Assembly (NCBI GenBank): GCA_964511385.1 | Contig: CAZEFE010000004.1 | Coordinates: 85,111-149,110 of the forward strand | Direction of reading: 5' to 3' | Length of the DNA: 64,000 nt | Origin: an uncultured Methylophilaceae bacterium | GTDB taxonomy: Bacteria > Pseudomonadota > Gammaproteobacteria > Burkholderiales > Methylophilaceae | Shown here: piece after piece, positions 9,143 to 19,218 of the stretch | How the letters are laid out: every line of letters begins with the position of its first letter | Numbering within the stretch: position 1 is the first letter of the stretch | Program-made: the position numbers and the translations under genes | Notes under the pieces: model-generated | The model's database searches: none | Seen by the model: only the letters and a program-made list of their open reading frames with translations | What the model was told of the DNA's origin: nothing

Positions 9143-9729
9143 CAGGCGGATCTCTGTGCGGATTTTGGGCGGAACGCCTTGACCACGGATTCGTGCGTTT
9201 CGATATAAGGCGCGCCAATCAGGTCCAGGCAGTAGGGCACAGCGGCAAAAATGCCATGCACCACGGGGTTGCCGGCTTCGTCTTTCAGGCCTTCCAGCGT
9301 CTGTGCAATGGCTTTGGGCTGGCCGGGAAGATTGATGATCAGGCTTTGCTTGCGGACCACCGCCACTTGCCGCGACAGAATGGCGGTGGGCACGAAGTGC
9401 AGGCTGATCTGGCGCATCTGCTCGCCGAAACCAGGCATTTCCTTGTCGGCAACAGCCAGCGTGGCTTCCGGCGTGATGTCCCGCAACGCCGGGCCGGTGC
9501 CGCCAGTGGTCAGCACCAGGCCGCAGTTTTCGTGGTCTACCAGGTCTTTCAGCGTGGACTCGATCTCGGCCTGTTCGTCTGGGATGATGCGGCTGATTTC
9601 CTGCCAGGGCGTCATGAGCGCCCGGTTCAACCAGTCGCGCAGGGAGGGGATGCCCTGGTCCTGATAAACGCCTTGCGACGCGCGATCGCTGATGCTGACT
9701 AAACCGATTTTGATGAATTCTTTTGACAT
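9142..9729 (-). CDS. mog: molybdopterin adenylyltransferase
   Basis: Near-colinear with E. coli Mog as I recall it: IGLVSISDRASQGVYQDQGIP, LTTGGTGPALRD, MPGFGEQMRQISLHFVPTAILSRQ, NLPGQPK. Confidence 0.92.
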   Translation of the reverse strand: MSKEFIKIGLVSISDRASQGVYQDQGIPSLRDWLNRALMTPWQEISRIIPDEQAEIESTLKDLVDHENCGLVLTTGGTGPALRDITPEATLAVADKEMPGFGEQMRQISLHFVPTAILSRQVAVVRKQSLIINLPGQPKAIAQTLEGLKDEAGNPVVHGIFAAVPYCLDLIGAPYIETHESVVKAFRPKSAQRSA

Positions 9730-9841
9730 ATACTGGTCGGAAAGGCTGTAGAGACTGGTTTTATCATACCATTGAGGCGGCTGCTCGTTGAGCAGGACCG
9801 TAGCGGTGGAATATCTATCAATTTATTAAGGAAGCAGAATA

Positions 9842-10609
9842 ATGAGATCAATTGCCTTGTTGCAGGCGTTTGTTGTGGCTGCAGGTTTTTCGTTGCCGAG
9901 TGTGGGGTTTTCTGCGGATGCAGCCAGTGCCAAAAACGGCAATCCATATGCAGCCGCTTACGAACAGCGCCGTGAAGCGCCAGCGGCTACTGGAGCGAAT
10001 GTGCGGATTTATCGCGGATCGGATCAGGATGCCGATGGTCAGCGGTTGATGGAAGACGGTTACGATCTGCTGGGGTCGTCGTCCTTCGTGGGCGGCGAGG
10101 TGCCGCCGGATCAGGCCGTTGCGCATGCCAAGAATATCCGGGCGGATCTGGTGATGGTGTATAGCACGCGGTTCGGCAAGATTCCCCATGAGGCCAAGCT
10201 GGATGCCGCCAAAGCCAAAGCGAAAGGACCTGCAGAACCGGCTGTGGCAGAAGGGGTGGCGGGAGATGCGCCCAAAATGCAGTTGATTGGGGGCATGGAA
10301 TACAGCTATGAGTATTACGCATCGTTCTGGACAAAACTGCCTACCCCGTTGCTGGGGTTGCATGTCCAAGACCGTGCGGCCGATGACAAAAGCCCGGGCG
10401 TGCCCGTGATTGCCGTGATCAAGGAATCGCCGGCCGCTGTCGCCGATATCCGTAAAGGGGATGTGGTGCTGCGGGTGGCTGGCGTGGACATCGGCAACGG
10501 TGATGCCCTGATCAATGCCGTGCGCAGCAATGCCGGGAAAACCGTTGAGATTCACTACGCGCGGGGTGGCGTGCAGCTACAGAAAAAAGTGACGCTCAAT
10601 ACGCCCTGA
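9842..10609 (+). CDS. secreted PDZ domain-containing protein
   Basis: Signal peptide present. C-terminal PDZ-like segment GVPVIAVIKESPAAVADIRKGDVVLRVAGVDI. Confidence 0.7.
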   Translation: MRSIALLQAFVVAAGFSLPSVGFSADAASAKNGNPYAAAYEQRREAPAATGANVRIYRGSDQDADGQRLMEDGYDLLGSSSFVGGEVPPDQAVAHAKNIRADLVMVYSTRFGKIPHEAKLDAAKAKAKGPAEPAVAEGVAGDAPKMQLIGGMEYSYEYYASFWTKLPTPLLGLHVQDRAADDKSPGVPVIAVIKESPAAVADIRKGDVVLRVAGVDIGNGDALINAVRSNAGKTVEIHYARGGVQLQKKVTLNTP

Positions 10610-10616
10610 TGCCCGG

Positions 10617-11120
10617 CTAGACGATCTCGCGGATGACCTTGAACAGCTCCCGGCTGCTTTTCGGGGGCTTGCTCGCGGCGGCTTCCTTGCGCGCGTTGCG
10701 GATCAGGTTGCGCAGGTGCTGCACATCCGCGGTTGAGTGCTGATCCAGAAACTCGGACAGCGCCGCATCGTCTTCAATCAGCCGTTTGCGCCAGTTTTCC
10801 AGTTGGTGCATGCGCGCGGTTTCCGCCGCGTGGTTGCCGTTCCACTGGTCTATTTTTTCCTGAATCGGCGCCGGGTCGACGTTGCGCATCAGTTTGCCAA
10901 TATATTGCAACTGGCGGCGCCGGCCGCCGTGCGCGGTAATCTTGCGCGCCGCCAACACCGCTTCCAGCAGGTTTTCCGGCATGTCGATCTGGCGCAGTTT
11001 GTCGGCTGGTAGTTCTACCAGGGTGGTGCCCAGGTCCTGCAGTTCCTGCATCTGCTGCTTGATGCGGGTTTTGCTGATTTCTTCCTGCGGCAAGTCGTCT
11101 GTATGTGGGGCTTTTTGCAT
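10617..11120 (-). CDS. yjgA: ribosome-associated protein YjgA/DarP (DUF615)
   Basis: SKTRIKQQMQELQDLG...RRRQLQYIGKLMR pattern typical of YjgA, divergent from pmbA as in E. coli. Confidence 0.8.
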   Translation of the reverse strand: MQKAPHTDDLPQEEISKTRIKQQMQELQDLGTTLVELPADKLRQIDMPENLLEAVLAARKITAHGGRRRQLQYIGKLMRNVDPAPIQEKIDQWNGNHAAETARMHQLENWRKRLIEDDAALSEFLDQHSTADVQHLRNLIRNARKEAAASKPPKSSRELFKVIREIV

Positions 11121-11159
11121 GGTCAGGTATCATAGCAGTTTTTAATCACGGTTATTTCC

Positions 11160-12500
11160 ATGCGTCGCACACGATTCAGTCTCACCTTAGACCAACTCAA
11201 GCACATGGCGCAGGAGGTTCTGCGTGCAGCCAAGGCAGCGGGCGCCAGTGCGGCTGAGGTGGAAATCAGCACCGGCTTCGGGCAGAACATCTCGGTGCGG
11301 CTGGATGAGGTGGAAACCATCGAATACAACCGCGACAAGGGCATGTCGGTGACGGTGTATTTCGGCGAGCGGCGCGGCCATGCCAGCAGTTCCGATCTGT
11401 CGCCGCAAGCGCTGCAGGATACCGTGGAAAAAGCCTGCAGCATTGCCCGCTATACCGCGCAGGACCCATTCTGCGGCTTGGCCGAGCCTGCGCTGCTGGC
11501 GAAAACGGTGCCCGACCTGGACCTGTACCATCCCTGGGACATTTCGGTGGACGAAGCCATTGCGCTGGCGCGGCGGTGTGAAGCCGCGGCGCTGGACACC
11601 GATGCGCGCCTGACCAACTCCGAAGGCGCTAGTGTCTCGGTGCATGAAAGCCTGTTTGTGTATGCCAACAGCCACGGTTTTTGCGAAGGCTACCCGACTT
11701 CGCGCCACGGCATCAGCTGCTCGGTGATTGCGGAAGATGGCGACGCCATGCAGCGGGATTACTGGTACCACTCGGCGCGTGCGCCGTCCGATTTGGAAAG
11801 TGCCGAGGCGGTGGGCCGCAAAGCGGGCGAGCGCACGATACGCCGCCTGAACCCGCGTCCCATTACCACCCGACAGGTGCCGGTACTGTTTGAGGCGAGT
11901 ATCGCTTCCGGCTTGATTTCGCATTTCATCAGCGCAATTTCCGGCAGCAGCCTGTACCGCAAGTCCTCGTTTTTGCTGGATAGCCTGGGGCAGCCGGTGT
12001 TTTCGCCCAACGTCAGCATCAGCGAGCGTCCGCACTTGCCCAAGGGGTTGGCCAGCAGCGCGTTTGACAACGAAGGGGTGGCCACCACCGACCGGGAACT
12101 GGTGACGGATGGCGTGTTGCAGGGCTATGTGCTGTCCAGCTATTCCGCGCGTAAGTTGGGGATGACCACGACCGGGAATGCCGGCGGCAGCCATAACCTG
12201 ATCGTCAAAAGCGGAGATCAGGATTTTGCCGGGCTGGTGAAAACCCTGCACAGAGGGCTGGTGGTTACCGAGTTGCTCGGGCACGGCATCAATCTGGTCA
12301 CTGGCGATTATTCGCGCGGCGCCGCCGGCTTCTGGGTGGAAAACGGCGAAATCCAGCATCCGGTGGAAGAAATCACGATTGCCGGCAACCTGCGCGATAT
12401 GTTCCATGGCATTGCTGCGATAGGCAACGATGTACTGATCCAGGGCTCCAGGCAATGTGGCTCGATCCTGGTGGAGCAGATGACGGTGGCCGGGGAATAA
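11160..12500 (+). CDS. pmbA: metalloprotease PmbA (TldE)
   Basis: 446 aa of the PmbA/TldD family, ending ...GSILVEQMTVAGE. Confidence 0.9.
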   Translation: MRRTRFSLTLDQLKHMAQEVLRAAKAAGASAAEVEISTGFGQNISVRLDEVETIEYNRDKGMSVTVYFGERRGHASSSDLSPQALQDTVEKACSIARYTAQDPFCGLAEPALLAKTVPDLDLYHPWDISVDEAIALARRCEAAALDTDARLTNSEGASVSVHESLFVYANSHGFCEGYPTSRHGISCSVIAEDGDAMQRDYWYHSARAPSDLESAEAVGRKAGERTIRRLNPRPITTRQVPVLFEASIASGLISHFISAISGSSLYRKSSFLLDSLGQPVFSPNVSISERPHLPKGLASSAFDNEGVATTDRELVTDGVLQGYVLSSYSARKLGMTTTGNAGGSHNLIVKSGDQDFAGLVKTLHRGLVVTELLGHGINLVTGDYSRGAAGFWVENGEIQHPVEEITIAGNLRDMFHGIAAIGNDVLIQGSRQCGSILVEQMTVAGE

Positions 12501-12521
12501 TTTTACGGTGGGAGGTGCAAT

Positions 12522-12552
12522 AAAAAAAGCCCCGGAGTTCGGGGCTTTTTTT
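12522..12552. terminator. bidirectional rho-independent terminator between pmbA and mlaA
   Basis: A7-GCCCCG-gagtt-CGGGGC-T7. Confidence 0.85.
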
Positions 12553-12571
12553 ATTGTGCTGCGGGTCAGCC

Positions 12572-13294
12572 TTAATTGCTGGCTGGCTCTTCGGCGGTGT
12601 TGCTGCTTGCGCCGTCGTTGACCTGGTTCTCGCGGCGTTGCAGGTAGGCATCGCGCATGAACAGGTAAGGATCCAGTGCCGCCTCATCCAGCAGGTCGCT
12701 GCCCGGCAGGTACTGGGCGCGTTTATCAACCAGCTTCAGGGTGTAAGTGAGGTTGCGGTCACGGGTATCGTCTATATAACCCAACGGGTCAAATGCAATG
12801 CTGTCCACGACCAGGCCGCCAGTGTCGCGCAGCGTGCTCGGGCCCAGGATCGGCAGCACCAGATAGGCGCTGTCTTTCCAACCCCAGTAAGCCAGGGTCT
12901 GGCCGAAATCTTCGTTGCGCTTCTCAATGCCGTCCATCGATGCCCAGTCAACCAGGCCGGCAATACCGAAGGTGGAGTTGATGGCAAAACGGCCGGCATC
13001 GTTGAATGCCTTGTCGATCTTGAATTGCAGCAGGTCGTTGATGACAGTGACCACTTCACCCAGGTTGGAGAAAAAGTTATTGACGCCGGTGCGCAGCGGG
13101 CTGGGCACTGCTGCCTTGTACGCGCCCGCCACCGGGCGGATCACGGCCTTGTCGGCGACATCGTTGAATTTGTAGATGCCGCGGTTCAATCCTTCCAGAG
13201 GATCCTTGCTCGATTGGGTGGCGCAACCGCTAAGCAGCGATGTTGCTAGGGCACCGATAATCAGTGGCTTGATCCAGTTCATGGGCTTGCGCAT
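12572..13294 (-). CDS. mlaA: outer-membrane lipid asymmetry lipoprotein MlaA/VacJ
   Basis: Lipobox LLSGC followed by PLEGLNRGIYKFND and STFGIAGL motifs. I prefer the Met start at 13294 over the longer track ORF. Confidence 0.88.
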   Translation of the reverse strand: MRKPMNWIKPLIIGALATSLLSGCATQSSKDPLEGLNRGIYKFNDVADKAVIRPVAGAYKAAVPSPLRTGVNNFFSNLGEVVTVINDLLQFKIDKAFNDAGRFAINSTFGIAGLVDWASMDGIEKRNEDFGQTLAYWGWKDSAYLVLPILGPSTLRDTGGLVVDSIAFDPLGYIDDTRDRNLTYTLKLVDKRAQYLPGSDLLDEAALDPYLFMRDAYLQRRENQVNDGASSNTAEEPASN

Positions 13295-13451
13295 GTTTGA
13301 TTCCATTAATTCGATAATGACAACGTTGCAGATCAGGTGGAACTTTAATGTAGACGACCCTGATTTGTCCACTCATTTTATGTGTGTTTGCGCCATGCTG
13401 GCGGCGTGCTAGAGTTTCCTGACGTAAATACAACAGCCAGAGAGAGATGCC

Positions 13452-14456
13452 ATGCCAAGCGTGACCATTACCCAGTTCATTATCGAAGAACAGCGCCGCA
13501 ACAAAGGGGCAACCGGGGAGTTTTCCATGTTGCTGAGCGATATCGTGACCGCGTGCAAGAAAATTTCGCTGGCGGTCAACAAGGGTGCGCTGGTTGGCAC
13601 CATGGGCTCGCTGGAAACCGAGAACGTGCAGGGCGAGGTGCAGAAGGAACTGGATGTCATTACCAACGACATTTTCATTTCCTCCATCGAGTGGTCGGGC
13701 TACCTGGCCGGCATGGCCTCGGAGGAAATGGACGAACCGTATGAAATCCCGGCACAGTATCCGCGCGGCAAATACCTGATCCTGTTCGATCCGCTGGACG
13801 GCTCCTCCAACGTCAACGTCAATATCTCGGTCGGTACTATTTTTTCCATCCTGCGCGCGCCGGACGGGGTGACGCATCCCAAACTGCAGGATTTCCTACA
13901 GCCCGGCACGCGCCAGGTGTGCGCGGGTTACGCGCTGTACGGTTCGTCCACCATGCTGGTGATTACCACCGGCAGCGGCGTTAACGGCTTCACCCTGGAT
14001 CGCGAGGTGGGCGAGTTCTACCTGACGCATCCCGGCATGCAGGTACCGGCGGATACGCATGAGTTCGCCATCAATACCTCCAACCAGCGGCACTGGGAGC
14101 CGCCGGTACAGCGTTATGTGGAAGAGGCGCTGAAAGGCAAGGAAGGCCCCAGGGGCAAGGACTTCAACATGCGTTGGGTGGCATCCATGGTGGCGGAAGT
14201 GCACCGCATCCTGATCCGCGGCGGCCTGTTCATGTACCCGCAGGACAGCAAGCTGAAGGACAAGGGAGGCAAGTTGCGGTTGTTGTACGAGGCCAACCCG
14301 ATGAGTTTTATTATCGAGCAGGCGGGCGGCCTGAGCACCACCGGCCGCGAACGGATCATGGAAATACAGCCGACCGGGCTGCACCAGCGGGTGCCGGTGA
14401 TACTGGGCTCAAAAAACGAGGTGGAAAAGCTGGTCGAATACCACCGGGCAAGTTAG
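13452..14456 (+). CDS. fbp: class 1 fructose-1,6-bisphosphatase
   Basis: FDPLDGSSN metal motif and [12 protein letters not shown] motifs. Confidence 0.95.
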   Translation: MPSVTITQFIIEEQRRNKGATGEFSMLLSDIVTACKKISLAVNKGALVGTMGSLETENVQGEVQKELDVITNDIFISSIEWSGYLAGMASEEMDEPYEIPAQYPRGKYLILFDPLDGSSNVNVNISVGTIFSILRAPDGVTHPKLQDFLQPGTRQVCAGYALYGSSTMLVITTGSGVNGFTLDREVGEFYLTHPGMQVPADTHEFAINTSNQRHWEPPVQRYVEEALKGKEGPRGKDFNMRWVASMVAEVHRILIRGGLFMYPQDSKLKDKGGKLRLLYEANPMSFIIEQAGGLSTTGRERIMEIQPTGLHQRVPVILGSKNEVEKLVEYHRAS

Positions 14457-14486
14457 CGCGCGGGCGTCAGCGCGCCACTCGGTTGG

Positions 14487-14993
14487 TCATGACCACAAGG
14501 TTTGCAAGGCCTCGGGCGCGGTCTCGAACGCCTCGTCGTTGCTGAGCGCAATGAGGTTGCTGCCGCGCAAGCGGCGCGCCAGTTCGCGGGCGATGTTGAC
14601 GTACAGTTGCAGCGCCAGGTTGTGGTTTTGCGGGATATGGTACGGGCTGAACGCCAGCAGGACGCCGTCCCGGATGGTGTAGGCGGATACGTCGCGGGCT
14701 TCGCCGTCGCAGAACGCCAGTTCCCCGAACGAGTCCCCCGGATGGCGCTGGCTGACAATTTTTCTTTCGCCATTGGGGGATTTTTGCAGCAGCACAAACT
14801 CCCCTGCCAGTACGACATAAAACTCGCGGGTGGGGTCGCCTTCCCGCAGCACGCATTGCCCGGCGGCAAATTCCAGCGATTTGGCGTACTGCAGTAATTC
14901 CTTCAGGTCGTCCGGCGCGATGTTTCTGAACACTTTGACCGAGCCCAGCACTTTGTGCATGAGCTGATAGGTATTGTCTTGAGGCTGGGCCAT
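14487..14993 (-). CDS. stand-alone cyclic nucleotide-binding (cNMP/CAP effector) domain protein
   Basis: FGELAF...ARDVSA phosphate-binding-cassette-like motif. At 168 aa there is no room for an output domain. Confidence 0.75.
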   Translation of the reverse strand: MAQPQDNTYQLMHKVLGSVKVFRNIAPDDLKELLQYAKSLEFAAGQCVLREGDPTREFYVVLAGEFVLLQKSPNGERKIVSQRHPGDSFGELAFCDGEARDVSAYTIRDGVLLAFSPYHIPQNHNLALQLYVNIARELARRLRGSNLIALSNDEAFETAPEALQTLWS

Positions 14994-15039
14994 TCAAAAA
15001 TTCCTGAAAATAAACTACGGTTTTTTATTGGGCGCTAGG

Positions 15040-16455
15040 TTAAATGAGCTTGGCCGATTTGTACAATGCCAGCGCCTGTATTCGCGACAGCTCATGCTGC
15101 ACCACGGGGGCGAGATAGTCCTCACCGAGGCTGAAACCAAGCTGCTGGCACCGGCTCGGCGAGAGCTTCCACGGTGCGTGGATTTCGCCGTCATCCAGTT
15201 GCGCCAGTTCCGGCACGTATTTGCGGATGAATTTCCCCTGGACATCAAATTTTTCCGACTGGGTGACCGGGTTGAAAATGCGGAACCAGGGTTGCGCGTC
15301 GCAGCCGGTGGAAGCTGCCCACTGCCAGCCGCCGTTGTTGGCGGCGAGGTCGAAGTCCAGCAGTTTCTCCGCAAAATAGCGCTCGCCCCAGCGCCAGTCC
15401 ACGAGCAGGTCCTTCACCAGGAAACTTGCGGCCACCATGCGCAGCCGGTTGTGCATGTAACCGGTCGCGTTGAGCTGGCGCATCGCCGCATCCACCAGCG
15501 GATAACCGGTGCGGCCTGCGCACCATGCCTGGAACAGCGCCGGGTCGTTGGGGAAGGCGAGGTGGTCGAACTCCGGCTTGAAGGTATGGCCGGCGGCAAC
15601 GCGCGGGTGGTGATGCAGGATCATAAAATAGAAGTCGCGCCAGATCAGTTCCGACAGCCAGGTGGCCGCCCCGGCGTTGTGAAAAGCCCAGGCTTCCCCG
15701 GCCAGGGCGCGGATGGAAATGGTGCCGAAGCGCAGGTGTACCGATAAATAGGACGGCCCCTTGATGGCTGGAAAGTCGCGGGTGTCGCGGTAAGCCGGCA
15801 TGCGCTCGCAGAAGTCGGCAAACAGCCGGGTCGCGCCGGACATACCAGGCGCTATTTTTAACTCGACGGGGGTAAAACCCAGTTGCGACAGCGACGGCAT
15901 GGCCTGTTCCGGCGGGCGGGCGAGACGCGCAAGGTATTGCCGTACCGGGTACGGCTTGAGATAAAACGCGGTGAGTTGCTTCAGCCAGGCGTTCTTGTAC
16001 GGCGTGAACACGCTGTACGGCTGCTGTTGCTGGGTGAGCACCTCGTCCTTTTCAAATATTACCTGGTCTTTGTAGCTGTGAAACTCAATGCCGGCCGCGG
16101 CCAGTGCTTGCGCCACGGCCTGGTCGCGGGCCAAAGCGGCGGGTTCGTAATCGTGGTTGGCATAAACGGCGTCCATCTTGAGTTGTTGCGCCAGTGTCGG
16201 GATTTCCCGCCGCGCCTTGCCATGGCGCACGATCAGGCCGCCACCGTTGGCTTCAAGCGCGGCAGCCAGTTCGCGGAGGCTGTGCCAGATGAACGTCACG
16301 CGCCGGTCGGCGCGGTCGGTCAGGGTGTCGAGGATGTCGGTGTCGAAGACAAAAACGCAGAAAACCTGCTCGGCCTGTTTCAGCGCATGGTAAAGCGCCG
16401 CGTGGTCAACATCGCGCAGGTCGCGGCGGAACCAGACAAGCGCGCGGTGGAGCAT
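15040..16455 (-). CDS. phrB: deoxyribodipyrimidine photolyase
   Basis: LVWFRRDLRDVDHAAL N-terminus, plus TGYPLVDAAMRQL and WGERYF motifs. I use the Met at 16455; the 41 codons further upstream overlap the SIS gene. Confidence 0.92.
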   Translation of the reverse strand: MLHRALVWFRRDLRDVDHAALYHALKQAEQVFCVFVFDTDILDTLTDRADRRVTFIWHSLRELAAALEANGGGLIVRHGKARREIPTLAQQLKMDAVYANHDYEPAALARDQAVAQALAAAGIEFHSYKDQVIFEKDEVLTQQQQPYSVFTPYKNAWLKQLTAFYLKPYPVRQYLARLARPPEQAMPSLSQLGFTPVELKIAPGMSGATRLFADFCERMPAYRDTRDFPAIKGPSYLSVHLRFGTISIRALAGEAWAFHNAGAATWLSELIWRDFYFMILHHHPRVAAGHTFKPEFDHLAFPNDPALFQAWCAGRTGYPLVDAAMRQLNATGYMHNRLRMVAASFLVKDLLVDWRWGERYFAEKLLDFDLAANNGGWQWAASTGCDAQPWFRIFNPVTQSEKFDVQGKFIRKYVPELAQLDDGEIHAPWKLSPSRCQQLGFSLGEDYLAPVVQHELSRIQALALYKSAKLI

Positions 16456-17033
16456 CAGCCGCCGTGGTGGCTGGCGAATGCCGCATCCAACATTTCGCAC
16501 AACATGTGGCCGATCAGGATATGGGCTTCCTGCACCCGCGCGGTGACGGTTGACGGTACGGCGATGGTCAGGTCGCACAGTTCGGCGAGTTTGCCGCCGT
16601 TACTGCCGGTCATGCCCACGGTATAGGCGCCCAGCAGCTTTGCGGCCTCGATGGCGCGCAGCACATTGGGGCTGTTGCCCGAGGTGGAAATGCCTACCAC
16701 CAGGTCGTTGGCGCGGCACAGCGCTTCAACCTGCCTGGCAAAGACATGCTCAAAGCCGTAATCGTTGCCGGCGGCGGTGAGGATGGAGGTATCCGTGGTC
16801 AGTGCAATCGAGGCCAGCCCGCGGCGTTCGGTCTGGTAGCGCACCACAATTTCCGCGGCCAGGTGCTGGCTGTCGGCGGCGCTGCCGCCGTTGCCCATCC
16901 ATACGATTTTGCCGCCGGAACTCAGGTATTCCACCATTTTCTGGCTGAAGGTTTCGATTTGCGGCGCTAATCCTTCGAGCTGGGCAATAACCGTCTGGTG
17001 GGCGCTGATGGCGTTGCGGATGATGGGATTCAT
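16455..17033 (-). CDS. SIS-domain protein (phosphoheptose isomerase GmhA / DiaA family)
   Basis: [15 protein letters not shown] and ISTSGNSPN motifs. Confidence 0.85.
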   Translation of the reverse strand: MNPIIRNAISAHQTVIAQLEGLAPQIETFSQKMVEYLSSGGKIVWMGNGGSAADSQHLAAEIVVRYQTERRGLASIALTTDTSILTAAGNDYGFEHVFARQVEALCRANDLVVGISTSGNSPNVLRAIEAAKLLGAYTVGMTGSNGGKLAELCDLTIAVPSTVTARVQEAHILIGHMLCEMLDAAFASHHGG

Positions 17034-18124
17034 GGTTGTCTCTGCATCATGGCATCGGCCAGGGTGCGGTTCAGGTTGGCATCAAAACGGTGGCTGGCGG
17101 CATCCCAGCCCTGCAGGTGTTGCAATGCAATGTCGGTCAGCGCGGTAATGGCCGATGGGCTGGCGTTGAGCGCGGGAATGTAATGGAAGGTTTTGCCGCC
17201 GGCATTGAGGAATTCCGCCTTGCACTCCATGGCAATTTCTTCCAGCGTTTCCAGGCAGTCGGCGGCGAAGCCGGGGCAGATCACGTCCACGCTGCTGATG
17301 CCTTGTTTTCCCCATTCGGCCAGTGTCGGCGCGGTGTAGGGTTTGACCCACTCGGCCGCGCCAAACCGCGACTGGAAGCTGACCAGGTATTGATCCTGGC
17401 GCAACCCCAGGGCTTCGGCCAGCAAGCGCCCGGTTTTCTGGCACAGGCAAAAATAGGGGTCGCCCTTGTCCAGCGTGTATTGGGGCACGCCATGGAAGCT
17501 CATCAGCAGCTTTTGCGCTTGCCCATGCTGCGCCCAATGTTGGCGGACACTTTCCGCCAATGCCGCGATGTAGGCGGGGTGGTCGTGGTAGCTGCGCACG
17601 GTGCGGATTTCCGGCAGGTTGCGGATATGCGTCAGTGCCGCCCACACGGCATCAAACACCGGCGCGGTGCTGCTGGCGGCATATTGCGGGTACAACGGCA
17701 GCACCAGGATACGGTCGCAGTGTTGCGCCTTGAGTTTTTCCAGGGCGGAGGCAATGGACGGGTTGCCGTAGGACATGCCGATTTCCACTGCGATGGGCGC
17801 GGAAAACCGCGCGGCAAGTTCGGCCTGCAATTTTTCGGCTTGCGCACGGGTAAACACCAGCAGCGGCGAACCTTCCGCAGTCCAGATCAGTGCGTATTTG
17901 GCGGCGGATTTGCGTGGGCGCACATTGAGGATGATGAGGTTCAGGATGCACCACCAGATAAAGCGGGGGATTTCCACCACGCGGCGGTCGCTCAAAAACT
18001 GTTTGAGATAGCGCCGTACCGCGGCAGGCGTGGGGGCATCCGGCGTGCCGAGGTTGGCCAGCAGGATGCCCACCTTGGGCGGCGTGCCGTGGGTGTGGGG
18101 CGGTTCGGGGGCGTAAAAAGCCAT
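17030..18124 (-). CDS. hemH: ferrochelatase
   Basis: [15 protein letters not shown]-terminus and [11 protein letters not shown] motif. Confidence 0.94.
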   Translation of the reverse strand: MAFYAPEPPHTHGTPPKVGILLANLGTPDAPTPAAVRRYLKQFLSDRRVVEIPRFIWWCILNLIILNVRPRKSAAKYALIWTAEGSPLLVFTRAQAEKLQAELAARFSAPIAVEIGMSYGNPSIASALEKLKAQHCDRILVLPLYPQYAASSTAPVFDAVWAALTHIRNLPEIRTVRSYHDHPAYIAALAESVRQHWAQHGQAQKLLMSFHGVPQYTLDKGDPYFCLCQKTGRLLAEALGLRQDQYLVSFQSRFGAAEWVKPYTAPTLAEWGKQGISSVDVICPGFAADCLETLEEIAMECKAEFLNAGGKTFHYIPALNASPSAITALTDIALQHLQGWDAASHRFDANLNRTLADAMMQRQP

Positions 18125-18133
18125 AAGAAAACC

Positions 18134-19150
18134 TTAGTGTGTGGAAAGTGCGCTGGAAAGCAGCCGTGCGGTGATGTCCACAATCGGGATCACGCGTTCG
18201 TAAGCCATGCGGGTGGGGCCGATCACGCCCAGCGTGCCGACCACCTGGCCGTTCAGTTCATAGGGCGCGGTGACCATGCTGCACTCGTCCAGCGGCAGGA
18301 AACCGGATTCGCCGCCGATAAACAGGTGCACGCCTTCGGCGCGGCGGCTGGTATCCAGCAGTTGCAGTAAGGCGCTGCGCTTCTCGAACGCTTCGAACAG
18401 TTTGTGCAGCGACGCGACGTTGGTGGACAGGTCGTCCACCCGCAGCAGGTTGCGTTCGCCCGCCATCACCAGGCCTTCGCTGTTTTCGTCCATGACCTTG
18501 CTGCTGGCTTCCAGCGCGGCGGACATCAGGCGCGTGACGTCGTTTTGCAGTTTGCTCAGTTCTTCGTGCAGCTTTTTGTGTGCCTGCTCAAAGGTGCAGC
18601 CGGTGTAATGCTGGTTGAAGAAATTGGCCGCCTGGGTCAGTTCTGAAGCGCTGTAATGCTTGTCGGCGACGATGATGCGGTTCTGCACGTTGCCGTCGGT
18701 GGTAACGATAATCAGCAGGATGCGTTTTTCCGACAGCGGCAGGAATTCCAGTTGCCGGAACGCCACGGCATTGCGCTTGGGCAGCATCACCAGGCCGGCG
18801 AACTGGGTAAGGTTGGACAGCACGTTGGCGGCCGAGGATATCAGTTCCTGCGGATCGGGCGAGGACAGTTCGTGCTGCAGGCGCTCTATTTCCAACTGTT
18901 GTAGCGGCTGGACTTGCAGCAGCGTGTCGACAAAAAAACGGTAGCCCTGCGGTGTGGGGATGCGCCCGGCGGATGTGTGCGGGCTGGCGACGAAACCCAT
19001 TTCTTCCAGGTCCGACATCACATTGCGGATGGTGGCGGGCGACAAATCCAGTCCGGAACATTTTGACAGCATGCGCGAGCCCACCGGCTGGCCATCCGAG
19101 ATGTAATGCTCCACCAGGGTTTTAAGCAGAATTTGTGCGCGTTGATCCAT
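18134..19150 (-). CDS. hrcA: heat-inducible transcription repressor HrcA
   Basis: RAQILLKTLVEHYISDGQPVGSR winged-helix N-terminus and full-length HrcA architecture. Confidence 0.94.
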   Translation of the reverse strand: MDQRAQILLKTLVEHYISDGQPVGSRMLSKCSGLDLSPATIRNVMSDLEEMGFVASPHTSAGRIPTPQGYRFFVDTLLQVQPLQQLEIERLQHELSSPDPQELISSAANVLSNLTQFAGLVMLPKRNAVAFRQLEFLPLSEKRILLIIVTTDGNVQNRIIVADKHYSASELTQAANFFNQHYTGCTFEQAHKKLHEELSKLQNDVTRLMSAALEASSKVMDENSEGLVMAGERNLLRVDDLSTNVASLHKLFEAFEKRSALLQLLDTSRRAEGVHLFIGGESGFLPLDECSMVTAPYELNGQVVGTLGVIGPTRMAYERVIPIVDITARLLSSALSTH

Positions 19151-19218
19151 AGCTATCGTTCAATTCTAACGGGCTTGGCACTCTTTCGCCAGCGGGGCTG
19201 CTATGGTTTAATGCGCCC

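Noticed and set aside
9730-9841. Possible Moco riboswitch upstream of mog.
   Set aside because: The 112-nt divergent spacer is shared with the PDZ gene promoter. It is too short for the motif and shows no recognisable conserved structure, only a small CTGCTC-N3-GAGCAG repeat.
16456-16578. N-terminal extensions in track ORFs: photolyase (to 16578), ispB (to 26024), ileS (from 33475), rplU (from 26024), mlaA (to 13372), the Sel1 protein (to 39405), GST (to 22433) and msrB (from 22511).
   Set aside because: The extensions overlap upstream genes or promoters and lack family-typical sequence. Internal starts reproduce the canonical N-termini, for example [26 protein letters not shown] and MTQASD.
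19175-19201. TTGGCACTC upstream of hrcA/nadK, which resembles one half of the CIRCE operator (TTAGCACTC-N9-GAGTGCTAA).
   Set aside because: The expected second half-site 9 nt away reads CGGGGCTGC, which does not match. A single imperfect half-site is not enough to call CIRCE.
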